A stretch of 64,000 nucleotides of DNA from Polyangiales bacterium (GTDB taxonomy: Bacteria; Myxococcota_A; Polyangia; Polyangiales; Ga0077539), in contig JBGARZ010000002.1 in the NCBI GenBank assembly GCA_044229975.1, positions 64,001-128,000 of the forward strand. The letters are read 5' to 3'. Made by a program: the position numbers and the translations under genes. The notes under the pieces were generated by a model. It ran no database searches. It saw only the letters and a program-made list of their open reading frames with translations, and was not told the origin of the DNA. Below, piece by piece: positions 1 through 9,013 of the stretch (position 1 is its first letter; each line of letters opens with the position of its first letter).

Positions 1-813
1 GATGGACACCTCCTCCTTCACGGCGCGGATGACGTCGAGGTACGCGAGCGCGGGCTTCACCATCACGATGTCGGCGCCCTCCTCCACGTCGAGGCGCACC
101 TCGCGCAGTGCCTCGCGCGTGTTGGCCGGGTCCATCTGATAGCCCGCGCGGTCGCCGAACTTCGGCGCGCAGTCGGCCGCCTCGCGAAACGGTCCGTAGA
201 AGGCGCTCGCGTACTTCACCGCGTAGGCCATGACCACCGTGTCGGCGTGGCCCGCGCCGTCGAGCGCCCGTCGCACCGCGCCGATGCGGCCGTCCATCAT
301 GTCGCTCGGCGCGACGACGTCGGCGCCCGCGTCGGCGTAGACCAACCCGATGCGCGCGAGTCGCTCCACGGTGGCGTCGTTGTCGACCTCGACGACGCCG
401 TCGCGGCGCGTGTGGAGCACCCCGCAGTGGCCGTGCGCCGTGTACTCGTCGACGCAGACGTCCGCCATGAGAACGCTCTGCGGCAGCGCCGCTCGCAGCG
501 CCCGCAGCGCTGTCGGAACGGGCCCGGCCGGGTCCCACGCACCAGACCCCTCGTCGTCCTTCTGCTCGGGCAGACCGAAGAGAAGAAAGCTCCGAATACC
601 GAGTGCGGTAAGCGCCTGCGCTTCGGCGACGGCGAGGTCGACCGAGAGCTGCGCGTGGCCCGGCATGGAGTTGATGGGCTTGCGGCGCCCTTCACCGAGC
701 GTGACGAAGAGCGGGGCGACGAGCTGCTCGGGGTGCAGCCGGGTCTCGCGCACGAGCGAGCGCAGCGCGGGGGTCTGACGAAGGCGGCGGGGACGTTCGA
801 GGGGAAAGCTCAT
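1..813 (-). CDS. hemB: Porphobilinogen synthase (ALA dehydratase), 3' part runs off the window
   Basis: Not in the ORF track because it has no stop in the window. Reads MSFPLERPRRLRQTPALRSLVRET..., DVCVDEYTAHGHCG, APSDMMDG, KYASAFYGPFREAA, YQMDPAN, VMVKP. ATG overlaps the cobA-hemD stop (ATGA). Confidence 0.96.
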   Translation of the reverse strand, partial: MSFPLERPRRLRQTPALRSLVRETRLHPEQLVAPLFVTLGEGRRKPINSMPGHAQLSVDLAVAEAQALTALGIRSFLLFGLPEQKDDEGSGAWDPAGPVPTALRALRAALPQSVLMADVCVDEYTAHGHCGVLHTRRDGVVEVDNDATVERLARIGLVYADAGADVVAPSDMMDGRIGAVRRALDGAGHADTVVMAYAVKYASAFYGPFREAADCAPKFGDRAGYQMDPANTREALREVRLDVEEGADIVMVKPALAYLDVIRAVKEEVSI

Positions 814-2354
814 GGCAGGGCGGAGGCTCCTTGGCGGTAGTGGTCTCGCAGGGCTTCGAGGAGGCCGTCAACGGTGTGTTCGCGCGCCTCGACATGGACC
901 GGCACTCCAACCGCGCGCGCCGCGGCCGAGGTCGACGGGCCAATGGAGGCGAAGACGACGCGCGGGTCCGTGGGGTCGAGGCGGGCGCCGAGGCTCTCGG
1001 CGAGGTGGCGCGCGACCGACCCGGAGGTGAGCAGCACCGCGTCGATGCCGCGTTCGTCCCACAGGGCGCAGACGCGCGCGCGGTCGTCGTCGATGGGCCC
1101 CACCGTGCGGTACACGGCGACGTCCGAGACCACGGCGCCACCCGCGTCGAGCAGCGCGGGCAGGTCGTCGCCTGCGACTTCGGCACGTGCGAGCAGCACC
1201 CTGGTCCCGGACAGTCGGTCGCCTCGCAGGCGCACGATGCACGCAGCGACCGCGGCGCCGTGGTGCTCATCCGGTGTCGCGTCCGCGACGATGCCGTGCT
1301 CGCGCAGCGCTCTCGCCGTCTCGGGGCCGACGGCGACGACCTCGCATCCGCCGAACGATCGGGCGTCTCGGCGCATGGCACCGAGCGCGTCGAAGGTCCG
1401 CTCGACGCCGTTGACCGACGTAAACGCGACCACGTCGAACCCACCCCCCGCGAGTGCATCGAGAGCCGTCGTCACCGCGGTCGCGTGGGTCGGTCCCGCC
1501 ACGCGGATCATCGGGACCTCCACGCCGATCGCACCCTCGGCCACCAGCGCTTCGACGGTGGCGTCGCCCTGTCCGGGCGCCCTGGCGACGAGCACCCGAC
1601 GACCGTGGAGGCCCGGCCGGTCCCACCAGCGCAGGCGATCGCGCAGACCGACCACGCCGCCGACGACGATGAGGGCGGGCGATCGCACCGAGGCGGTCGC
1701 TGCCTTCGCCACGATGTCGGCGATGGTCCCGACGACGACGAGCTGTTCGGGGTGTGCTCCGGCCGAGATGATCGCGACCGGGGTGGAGGCGACCCGGCCG
1801 GCTTCGAGGAGCGTCGCCATGTCGTCGGCGAGCCGCGCGAGGCCCATGAAGATCACCACGGTGTCAGCGCCAGCCGCCGCGCGCAGGGGCGACTCGCCGT
1901 CCTTGCCCGATCGTTCGCGTGAGGTGACGAGCGCGACGGAGGAGGCGAGGTCGCGGTGGGTGAGGGGGATGCCGGCGTAGGCGGTCGCACCGAGCGCGGC
2001 GCTCACGCCAGGGATCACCTCGAAGGCCACACCATGATCGGAGAGAAACTCTGCCTCCTCGGCACCGCGACCGAAGACCAGGGCATCGCCGCCCTTGAGC
2101 CGCGCCACGCGCCGACCCTGTCCTGCTCTCAGCAGCAGCGTGTGGTTGATCTCGTCCTGCGTGGTCGACGCCTGGTCGCCGCGCTTGCCGACGAAGAGCC
2201 GCTCGGCCTCGGGGCGCGCGTGGCGCAACACCGCGGGGTGCACGAGGGCGTCGAAGAGCACCGTGTCGGCGCGCTCGATGGCCCCTCTTCCGCGGAGGGT
2301 GAGCAGGCCCGGATCACCGGGACCCACTCCGACGAGAGACACGAATCCGCGCAC
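810..2354 (-). CDS. cobA: Uroporphyrinogen-III C-methyltransferase / uroporphyrinogen-III synthase fusion
   Basis: N-terminal VGVGPGDPGLLT, RLKGGD..FGRGAEE, GIPLTHR. C-terminal HemD domain (FTSVNGV, AVGPETA, LTSGS, SIGPSTS). Confidence 0.95.
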   Translation of the reverse strand: MRGFVSLVGVGPGDPGLLTLRGRGAIERADTVLFDALVHPAVLRHARPEAERLFVGKRGDQASTTQDEINHTLLLRAGQGRRVARLKGGDALVFGRGAEEAEFLSDHGVAFEVIPGVSAALGATAYAGIPLTHRDLASSVALVTSRERSGKDGESPLRAAAGADTVVIFMGLARLADDMATLLEAGRVASTPVAIISAGAHPEQLVVVGTIADIVAKAATASVRSPALIVVGGVVGLRDRLRWWDRPGLHGRRVLVARAPGQGDATVEALVAEGAIGVEVPMIRVAGPTHATAVTTALDALAGGGFDVVAFTSVNGVERTFDALGAMRRDARSFGGCEVVAVGPETARALREHGIVADATPDEHHGAAVAACIVRLRGDRLSGTRVLLARAEVAGDDLPALLDAGGAVVSDVAVYRTVGPIDDDRARVCALWDERGIDAVLLTSGSVARHLAESLGARLDPTDPRVVFASIGPSTSAAARAVGVPVHVEAREHTVDGLLEALRDHYRQGASALP

Positions 2355-2437
2355 GACGGCGGCACTCTACGCCGACCGCACAGCGCTGTCCCGCGCATGG
2401 TTTGACACCGACCGCGGCCAGCGACTACCACCCGCCC

Positions 2438-2950
2438 GTGCGCTCGATCGTCCTCGTGGCCTCGCTGTTGTTCCTCCCCCCGTGTCGTGGGTCAACGCCG
2501 GTGGAGCCCGAAGGCCCCGCGAGGAGCGCGTCGCCTGCGCGCGTGACGCCGCCGGCGCCGCGCGGTCCGTCGGTGCGCGTGCTGACCCAGTCGGGCACGC
2601 CGGTGGACATCAACGTGGAGGTGGTCCGCGAGCCGCGCACCCGCGAGCGGGGGCTGATGTTCCGCCGCGACATGGAAGAGAACCACGGGATGATCTTCGT
2701 GTTTCCGCAGCCGGACCATCAGGTGTTCTGGATGCACAACACCATCCTGCCCCTCGACATGATCTTCATCCGCGCCGACCACACGATCCTCGGCATCGTG
2801 AAGAACGCGACGCCCGAGACGGACGACCCGCGCGAGGTCCCGGGCAACGCGCTCTACGTGCTGGAGGTCAACGGCGGCTTCTCCGACCGACACCACCTGA
2901 GCGCGGGCGACCGGGTCGAGTTCACTGACATCCCGCCCGCCCGTGAGTAA
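2438..2950 (+). CDS. DUF192 family exported protein
   Basis: EVVREPRTRERGLMFR, GMIFVF, FWMHNT.LPLDMIFI, YVLEVNGG. GTG at 2438 chosen because it precedes a signal peptide. Confidence 0.9.
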   Translation: MRSIVLVASLLFLPPCRGSTPVEPEGPARSASPARVTPPAPRGPSVRVLTQSGTPVDINVEVVREPRTRERGLMFRRDMEENHGMIFVFPQPDHQVFWMHNTILPLDMIFIRADHTILGIVKNATPETDDPREVPGNALYVLEVNGGFSDRHHLSAGDRVEFTDIPPARE

Positions 2951-2955
2951 CCGCC

Positions 2956-3756
2956 ATGAACACCCGACGCCTCACCCCTCCATTGTTGGCCCTCGCGCTC
3001 TCCTCGGGCTGCAACCTGACGGCCCCGGCCGAGCCTGCGTTTCGCCCCGCTGAAGCGCAGCCCATCCCGACGCCGTCGCCCGCGCTGCCTCGCGCCCAGC
3101 CGCCGAGTCAGCCCGCCCCGCCGGCGCCCACCGGCCGTCCGCGCTCGCGCGATCTCGTCGTGACGCCTGCGCACCCCGACGCGCCGCCCAACTCCGACCC
3201 CATGCACGGTCGTTACACCCTCGAACAGGCGACCGCGGGCCTCCCCGGAACCGGTGCGCTCGTGGCCACCATCGAGACGCGGCTGGGTAATTTCTCGTGC
3301 GAGCTGCTGTCGCGCGAGGCCCCCATCACGGTGGCCAACTTCGTCGGTCTCTCGCGCGGCCAACGCGACTTCTGGGATCCGGTCGCAGGCGCCTGGGTTC
3401 GTCGCCCGTACTACGACGGGTCGACGTTCCACCGGGTGATCCCCGGCTTCATGATCCAGGGCGGCGACATCCTCCGCTCGGGCATGGGCGGGCCGGGCTT
3501 CGAGTTCGCCGACGAAAACGTCCGCGGCCACAACGCGCCGGGTCTGTTGTGCATGGCCAACCACGGCCCCAACACCAACGGCGGGCAGTTCTTCATCACC
3601 GAGGTGGCGCGCGATCACCTCGACGGCAGCTACTCGATCTTCGGGCGTTGCACGCCGACCGACCTCGTGGCGCGCATCACGGGCGTCGAGCGTGACCCGC
3701 GCGACATGCCCATCGAGGCTGTGGTCATCGACCACGTCCGCATCTCCCGCCGCTGA
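2956..3756 (+). CDS. Cyclophilin-type peptidyl-prolyl cis-trans isomerase, lipoprotein
   Basis: APITVANFVGL, FHRVIPGFMIQGGD, MANHGPNTNGGQFFIT. Lipobox LSSGC. Confidence 0.95.
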   Translation: MNTRRLTPPLLALALSSGCNLTAPAEPAFRPAEAQPIPTPSPALPRAQPPSQPAPPAPTGRPRSRDLVVTPAHPDAPPNSDPMHGRYTLEQATAGLPGTGALVATIETRLGNFSCELLSREAPITVANFVGLSRGQRDFWDPVAGAWVRRPYYDGSTFHRVIPGFMIQGGDILRSGMGGPGFEFADENVRGHNAPGLLCMANHGPNTNGGQFFITEVARDHLDGSYSIFGRCTPTDLVARITGVERDPRDMPIEAVVIDHVRISRR

Positions 3757-3817
3757 CTCTCCCTCCCTCGCGGGCAACCTTTTTCGGGGCGGGCGTCGAC
3801 AAGCGCCCCGCTGCCCA

Positions 3818-4237
3818 ATGGTCCCCCGCACCACCCGTCACGCCCTCGCTCTCGCCGTCGCGGTCGTCGCCACCGTCTCTGCGCTACGCCGCGGTCCGCG
3901 GTCCTTCGCTCCACCTCCCGAACCGCCTCCTGCCACCATCGTCGCCTCGCGGGTCGACGTGAACCATGCGAGCCGCGAGTCGCTGGAGTCGCTCCCGGCG
4001 GTCGGACCGACGCTCGCTCGCCGCATCATCGAAGGCCGCCCGTATGCGCGATTGGAAGACCTTCGCCGCGTGCGGGGCATCGGTGCGCGGACCTTGGCGC
4101 GGCTGCGAGACCGGGCCTGTGTGGGCGAGGGATGTCGATCAGAGGTCCCGCAGGAAGCTCACTCCGACGGTGGCCGTGACGAAGTCCGCCGCGAGGTCGC
4201 GCCCCACGAATGGGAACGCGTAGGCCGCCTCGAATGA
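3818..4237 (+). CDS. ComEA-like helix-hairpin-helix DNA-binding protein
   Basis: TM/signal segment followed by RVDVNHASRESLESLPAVGPTLARRIIEGRPY..LEDLRRVRGIG. The 3' end overlaps the convergent gene. Confidence 0.85.
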   Translation: MVPRTTRHALALAVAVVATVSALRRGPRSFAPPPEPPPATIVASRVDVNHASRESLESLPAVGPTLARRIIEGRPYARLEDLRRVRGIGARTLARLRDRACVGEGCRSEVPQEAHSDGGRDEVRREVAPHEWERVGRLE

Positions 4238-4663
4238 CAGACCGAGCCCGCGACGCAGGAGCCATCGCACGCCGAGGCGCGCTTCGGCGCTCGGGGTGAT
4301 CCACCCGTCGAGCGGACCGTTGAACACATCGCCGCGCACGCCGAGCCCGAGGTAGGGGACGACCCGCAGCACGTCGATGGCGTAGAGGGCGCCGACGCTG
4401 AGCGAGGCGCCGTGTCGCGGGCCACGCGGTTGATCTGGAAACGCGAGGGTGTACGCGCCGACGGCGTAGAGCGAGAAGGCGTCGTTGAGCCCGTAGTGCG
4501 CGCCGAGTTCGAGCGCCGCGCCGGGCCCACCGACCGGGCCCGTGGACCCGGCGAATCCGACGCGCGGGCTCAGCACCAGCTCGCGCTCGAGCGCACTGGC
4601 CGGCGGGGCCGCGAGGGCGAGGGCGAGGGCGGCGACGTGACGGGGGCGGGGAGGTGCGCGCAT
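4139..4663 (-). CDS. Small outer-membrane beta-barrel protein
   Basis: Signal peptide (ALALALAAPPASA), alternating amphipathic beta strands (YAIDVLRVVPYLGLG), C-terminal TVGVSF. Confidence 0.7.
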   Translation of the reverse strand: MRAPPRPRHVAALALALAAPPASALERELVLSPRVGFAGSTGPVGGPGAALELGAHYGLNDAFSLYAVGAYTLAFPDQPRGPRHGASLSVGALYAIDVLRVVPYLGLGVRGDVFNGPLDGWITPSAEARLGVRWLLRRGLGLSFEAAYAFPFVGRDLAADFVTATVGVSFLRDL

Positions 4664-4709
4664 GCGGGGGACGGCGTACCACGGAGCGGACGCGGGGCGT
4701 CGTCGCTGG

Positions 4710-4737
4710 TTGACTCAAGGGGTCTCGCGTGTAGAGT
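4710..4737 (+). promoter_or_regulatory. sigma70-like promoter of yfgM-bamB
   Basis: TTGACT-N16-TAGAGT, about 50 bp upstream of the GTG at 4789. Confidence 0.5.
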
Positions 4738-4788
4738 CCGCGCCGCTTTGGCGACGCCAGAGGTTGCCGGATAGATCGGGTTCGAGGA

Positions 4789-6039
4789 GTGCGCGTGACA
4801 TCGAGCGAGAACGACGAGCGGGACGACGAGCGGGACGACGAGGTCGAGTCCGCCGAGGCTCCAGGGGCAGAGGCCCAGGAGGCCGCCGCGGAAGATCCGA
4901 ACGTCCCGAAAAACCGCGCCGAGCGCCGTGCTGCGGCGAAGGCTGCGCGTCGTGGCCGGGTGGCCGTGCTCTCGGATGGGACGACTCCGGCCGAGGACGA
5001 AGTTCTCGGCGACCTGACCGCGGACGGCGCGGGGCTCGCGCTGCCGACGACCTCGATGGGTGGAAACCCGTCGTCCCTCACCGAGGCGACGCCCGGCGCG
5101 GGCCGTCGCAAGCCGCCGCCTCGCACGATGGCGAAGGGCACCGGCGACGCGGAGGGCGTGCCGGAGTGGGCGCGCTCGTGGGCTGATTCGCTGGGCAAGC
5201 ACCGCCGTACGCTGGTCATGGCCGCGGCGGGTGTTCTGGTGGTCGTGGTCGCCGCCACCGGGTGGCAGACGTGGCAGGAGCGAAAGGCCGCCCGCGCGGG
5301 TGATGCGTTCGCTGACGCGCTGCTGTCTGCCAACGCCAACATCGAGGCCGAGGAGACCCCCGCGCGCGAAGATGCACCGCCGCGGCGTGGTCCGGTGTAT
5401 CGCTCGCTCGAAGCGCGTCTGCGGGCCTCGACCGAGAAGTTTCGCCAGGTCGAGCAGCGCAACCCGCAGAGCCGGGTAGCGCCCATCGCGCGCCTGTCGG
5501 AGGCGACGGCACTCTATCAGCTGGGTCGTTACCAGGAGGCGCGTCAGCTCTACCAGGCGTTGCTCGGCGTAGACACGTCGGGGCTGGAGGCGAGGGTGCT
5601 GGAGGGCCTGGCGTTTACGTTGGAGTCGCTCAACGACCTCGACGGCGCCGCGACCCGGTACCGTGAGCTCGCGGCGGTGCAAAACGGCGCCTACCGAGAC
5701 TCCGCACAGTTCTACCAGGCGCGTCTCTTCGTGCGTCGGGACGATCCGGCGCACGCGAAGGAGCTGCTCCACGGCATCATCGAGCGGACGGCCCACCCGA
5801 CCGCGACCGATCCGCTCGCGACCTCGGTGCAGAACCTCCGTGAGCAGTCCATCGCGCTGCTTCGGGAGATCGATCCGCAGGACCCGCAGATCATCGAGTA
5901 CGACCGCGCTCGTGCGTCGGGTAGCGAAGCGGGCGGCGAGCATGCCGGCGAGGGCGGCGGACGCGATCCGCTTCAGGGTTTGCCCCCCGCGCTGCGTCGT
6001 CAGATCGAAGAGCAGCTCCGGAAGCAGGGGCGCCGCTAG
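4789..6039 (+). CDS. YfgM-like membrane-anchored TPR protein
   Basis: Acidic disordered N-terminus, a single TM (LVMAAAGVLVVVVAATGW), periplasmic TPR helices. Lies directly upstream of bamB, the conserved yfgM-bamB order. Confidence 0.75.
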   Translation: MRVTSSENDERDDERDDEVESAEAPGAEAQEAAAEDPNVPKNRAERRAAAKAARRGRVAVLSDGTTPAEDEVLGDLTADGAGLALPTTSMGGNPSSLTEATPGAGRRKPPPRTMAKGTGDAEGVPEWARSWADSLGKHRRTLVMAAAGVLVVVVAATGWQTWQERKAARAGDAFADALLSANANIEAEETPAREDAPPRRGPVYRSLEARLRASTEKFRQVEQRNPQSRVAPIARLSEATALYQLGRYQEARQLYQALLGVDTSGLEARVLEGLAFTLESLNDLDGAATRYRELAAVQNGAYRDSAQFYQARLFVRRDDPAHAKELLHGIIERTAHPTATDPLATSVQNLREQSIALLREIDPQDPQIIEYDRARASGSEAGGEHAGEGGGRDPLQGLPPALRRQIEEQLRKQGRR

Positions 6040-6046
6040 GGCGTCG

Positions 6047-7243
6047 GTGTTCGCAGTGGGTTTACACCGTCGGTTGATCGCCGCGCTCGCAGCGGGCGCG
6101 CTCGCTTTGTCGGGCTGCGCCCGGTTGCAACTTGGGACGCACGCGCACCCAGATCTCAACGAGGCCGCGCCGGTATGGCGCCGGACCATCGCCCAGTTCC
6201 AGTGGCGCGCTCCGCTGGTCGTCGCGACCGACCTTGAGAGCCACCCGAGAAACCGCGGCATTCCGGCCGTCGACGCCGAGCGGGGTCTCGTCTACGTGGG
6301 CGGGCTCGACCACGGCGTGCATGCGCTGCGGGCCGACGATGGTCTGCCCATCTGGCGATTTCAGACGCTGGGAGCTGTCGAGGGCAGCATCGTCCTCGAC
6401 CGCGACACGGTGTTTGTCGGCTCCGACGACGCCGCTCTCTACGCGCTGGACGCTACGACGGGCGTGCAGCGTTGGCGCTTCGCGGCGGCCGCCGAGGTGG
6501 TCCGGGCACCGATCGTCACGCCCGATGCGGTGTACTTCGTGAGCGCGGACGACACGGTGTTTGCGCTCAATCGTGTGACGGGCGAACAGCGCTGGCGCTA
6601 CCATCGCGACCCCCCAGGCGGCATCACAGCGAGCGGTCACGCCGGGCTGTTGTTCGCGCGGGGGAAGCTCTTCTGCGGCTTCTCCGACGGCACCGTGGTG
6701 GCCATCGATCCGGGCGACGGGTCGGCGAGCTGGGAGCGAGACACGGCGGCTGACGCGGACGAGGACGGTGCCTCCGAAGCGCATCGGGTGATCGACGTCG
6801 ACACGACGCCGGTGTTGCTCGATGGGTCGCTGTTCGTGGCGTCTCAGTCGACGGGGCTCTATGCGCTCGACCCCCAAGGGGGCGGCGTTCGCTGGCGTCT
6901 AGACTGGTTGAAGGCCGCCTCGTCGATGGCTTCGGACGGGCGCCACCTGTACGTGACGTCGTCGACCCTGGGACTCGTGAAGCTCGATCCCGCGGATGGG
7001 TCGGTGCTCTGGGCGCGGGACTTCGGCGCCGGGGCGTTGCAGGTGACGGACGCCGGGGACGGACTGTTGATGGTTCCGTCAGCGTCGCAGGCGCTGTGGC
7101 TGGTGCGCGCTCGCGACGGCGAGGTGCTGGAGGGCCTCGGCCGGGGTGGGGTCACCGGGATGCCGATCCGGTCGGGGTCGTGGGTGTTCTTCGGAACCAA
7201 CCTGGGCGTGCTCCAGGCGTACCGGCTCACGACCGCGCAGTAG
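6047..7243 (+). CDS. BamB-like PQQ-type beta-propeller lipoprotein
   Basis: Lipobox ALSGC. Repeated (L/V)YALDA.TG...W motifs. Start moved to GTG 6047. Confidence 0.85.
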   Translation: MFAVGLHRRLIAALAAGALALSGCARLQLGTHAHPDLNEAAPVWRRTIAQFQWRAPLVVATDLESHPRNRGIPAVDAERGLVYVGGLDHGVHALRADDGLPIWRFQTLGAVEGSIVLDRDTVFVGSDDAALYALDATTGVQRWRFAAAAEVVRAPIVTPDAVYFVSADDTVFALNRVTGEQRWRYHRDPPGGITASGHAGLLFARGKLFCGFSDGTVVAIDPGDGSASWERDTAADADEDGASEAHRVIDVDTTPVLLDGSLFVASQSTGLYALDPQGGGVRWRLDWLKAASSMASDGRHLYVTSSTLGLVKLDPADGSVLWARDFGAGALQVTDAGDGLLMVPSASQALWLVRARDGEVLEGLGRGGVTGMPIRSGSWVFFGTNLGVLQAYRLTTAQ

Positions 7244-7447
7244 AGCGACTGTTCGGGCGTCGGGGGGCGTCGGGGCTGGGCCGGGACCCCGCAGGGGTGT
7301 GTGTGCGTTGGTCTGCCTGGGCCGCAGGCTGGAGCGAGTGGGGCGCGGTCCACTTGGGACCCGTCGCATGGGCTGGGGCAACCGCTGAGCAGCGGTGTGG
7401 ATTGGCCGGGAAACCAGCCAGATCTCCCCGTTTTCCCCAGCTCTTGA

Positions 7448-7475
7448 ACTTCGCATAATATGTATTCTGTAAACT
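7448..7475 (+). other. dif: Probable dif site (XerC/XerD chromosome dimer resolution)
   Basis: ACTTCGCATAA-TATGTA-TTCTGTAAACT has the 11-6-11 layout, each arm 8/11 identical to E. coli dif. It is an AT-rich island in a 600-bp intergenic gap. Confidence 0.8.
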
Positions 7476-7771
7476 AACGAAACGCCGGGTCCGAGAGGGG
7501 GCACCTGGGGATTCGCGGATCCCTCCCTTCCCCAACTCCGGGCCTCCTTCCGCTTTCTGGGCGGCGCAAAGTGTGTGCGGCCCTCTGCGAGACGAGACTC
7601 GTTGTCTAGTCAGTGATTCGGGGACCACCGATGGCTGAGGCACACGCCAGCGTTCGACCGAGGCTGCGCGTCGGCGCCTGGTCCCGGTCCCGGCCTGCAT
7701 AAGGGGCGCAAGGACACGCATCACCCTTTGTCGGGCGACATGCATTGCGAGCGATGTTGCATATGCCGAAG

Positions 7772-7802
7772 GAGTTTACAGAATGATTGGTTCCGTAAAC
7801 TC
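7772..7802. repeat. Inverted repeat made of two XerD-arm-like sequences
   Basis: GAGTTTACAGAA-TGATTGG-TTCCGTAAACTC. The left arm is the exact reverse complement of the dif right arm TTCTGTAAACT. Confidence 0.8.
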
Positions 7803-7847
7803 GATCGCCTTGGCGGACGCCCGCGGTTGGTCGAGGCCGACCGATCC

Positions 7848-8927
7848 TCAGTCCGCAGAGCTGCGCGGACGCGAGCGTCGGGTCGACTCGGTCGCGAGCT
7901 GTCCACAGGCAGCCCCGATGTCCTTGCCCCCGCTGTATCGGCGGATGACGGGCACACCGAGGCCCGCGAGGCGGTCGTGGAAGCGATCCAGCTCTTCCGC
8001 CGTCGGGGGTCGATACGGGAGGCCCGCCACGGGGTTCCAGTCGATGAGCGACAGGCGCGCGGGCATTGTCTTGAGCAGGTCGGCAAGCGCGTCGGCTTCG
8101 GCGTCCGTGGTGTTCACCCCGCCCATCAGCGCGTAGGCGAACATCACCAATCGTCCAGACCGCTCATGGAAGCGCTGCGCCGCTTCGACCACCTCACGGA
8201 TCGGGTACTTGCCCTCCATCGGAACCAGGCTCCGCCGCAGGGCGGGTTGGGCGCTCGTGATGCTGATGCCGAGCCTTATGCGTGTTCGCATGGATGCGAG
8301 ACGCTCGATGCCAGGCACGATGCCTACGGTGCATATCGTGATATTCCGCGCGTCTACGGCTAGTCCGCAGGGGTTCGAGAGCACCTCGATCGCTTGCAGC
8401 ACGTTGTCGAGGTTATGCAACGGCTCCCCCATCCCCTGGAAGACGACGCCATGCACCCTCCCCTCGCCTGACGCCCGGAGTTCGGTGGCCACGAGGCGCA
8501 CCTGCTCGACGATCTCCCAGGCTTCGAGGTTCCGGCGCAGGCCCATCTGGGCGGTCGCGCAAAAGCCGCAGCCCATCGCACAGCCGACCTGGGAGCTGAC
8601 GCACACGACGAAGCGGCCGGCCCGTTCGAGAGGGATGCGCACGGTTTCCACGACCGATCCGTCGGGCAGGGTCACCGCGAACTTGATGAAGGGATCTTCC
8701 TGCGACGCTCGGCGCTCGGTGACCTGCACGGTGCCGATGGGGAGCTCGGCCTCGACGAGCTTGCGGGCGCTGGTGCGGAGCTGCGGGACGTCGAGCAGGG
8801 TCGACCCGCCTCGTTGCACCACGTGCGCGATGATGCGCCGCGCTTCGGCGGGACGGAGGGCGTCTTCGCCGAAGCGGGCGATGAGGCGTTCGGGCGTCTC
8901 GCCCTGGAGGCGGTCGGTCGGGTGCAT
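7848..8927 (-). CDS. RlmN/Cfr-family radical SAM methyltransferase
   Basis: ETVRIP, CVSSQVGCAMGCGFCAT, FQGMGEPLHN, DIGAACGQL. Confidence 0.9.
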   Translation of the reverse strand: MHPTDRLQGETPERLIARFGEDALRPAEARRIIAHVVQRGGSTLLDVPQLRTSARKLVEAELPIGTVQVTERRASQEDPFIKFAVTLPDGSVVETVRIPLERAGRFVVCVSSQVGCAMGCGFCATAQMGLRRNLEAWEIVEQVRLVATELRASGEGRVHGVVFQGMGEPLHNLDNVLQAIEVLSNPCGLAVDARNITICTVGIVPGIERLASMRTRIRLGISITSAQPALRRSLVPMEGKYPIREVVEAAQRFHERSGRLVMFAYALMGGVNTTDAEADALADLLKTMPARLSLIDWNPVAGLPYRPPTAEELDRFHDRLAGLGVPVIRRYSGGKDIGAACGQLATESTRRSRPRSSAD

Positions 8928-9013
8928 GGGGCTCTAAGGGTTGTGCGGCGTCGAACGGGGCGCGGGGCGGAGTGCTGCCGGGCGCGGGCGCGGATGGTAT
9001 ACGACCGCGAACC

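Noticed and set aside
4812..4842. 12-nt tandem repeat in yfgM, and a 15-nt ASPSP duplication at the ddl 3' end (about 24268-24297)
   Set aside because: Short in-frame slippage in disordered termini, with no evidence of function.
7525..8671. KOPS (GGGNAGGG) polarity around dif
   Set aside because: Both orientations occur to the right of dif (7525 and 8456 vs 8664). Too few were counted, and the motif is not established for this lineage.
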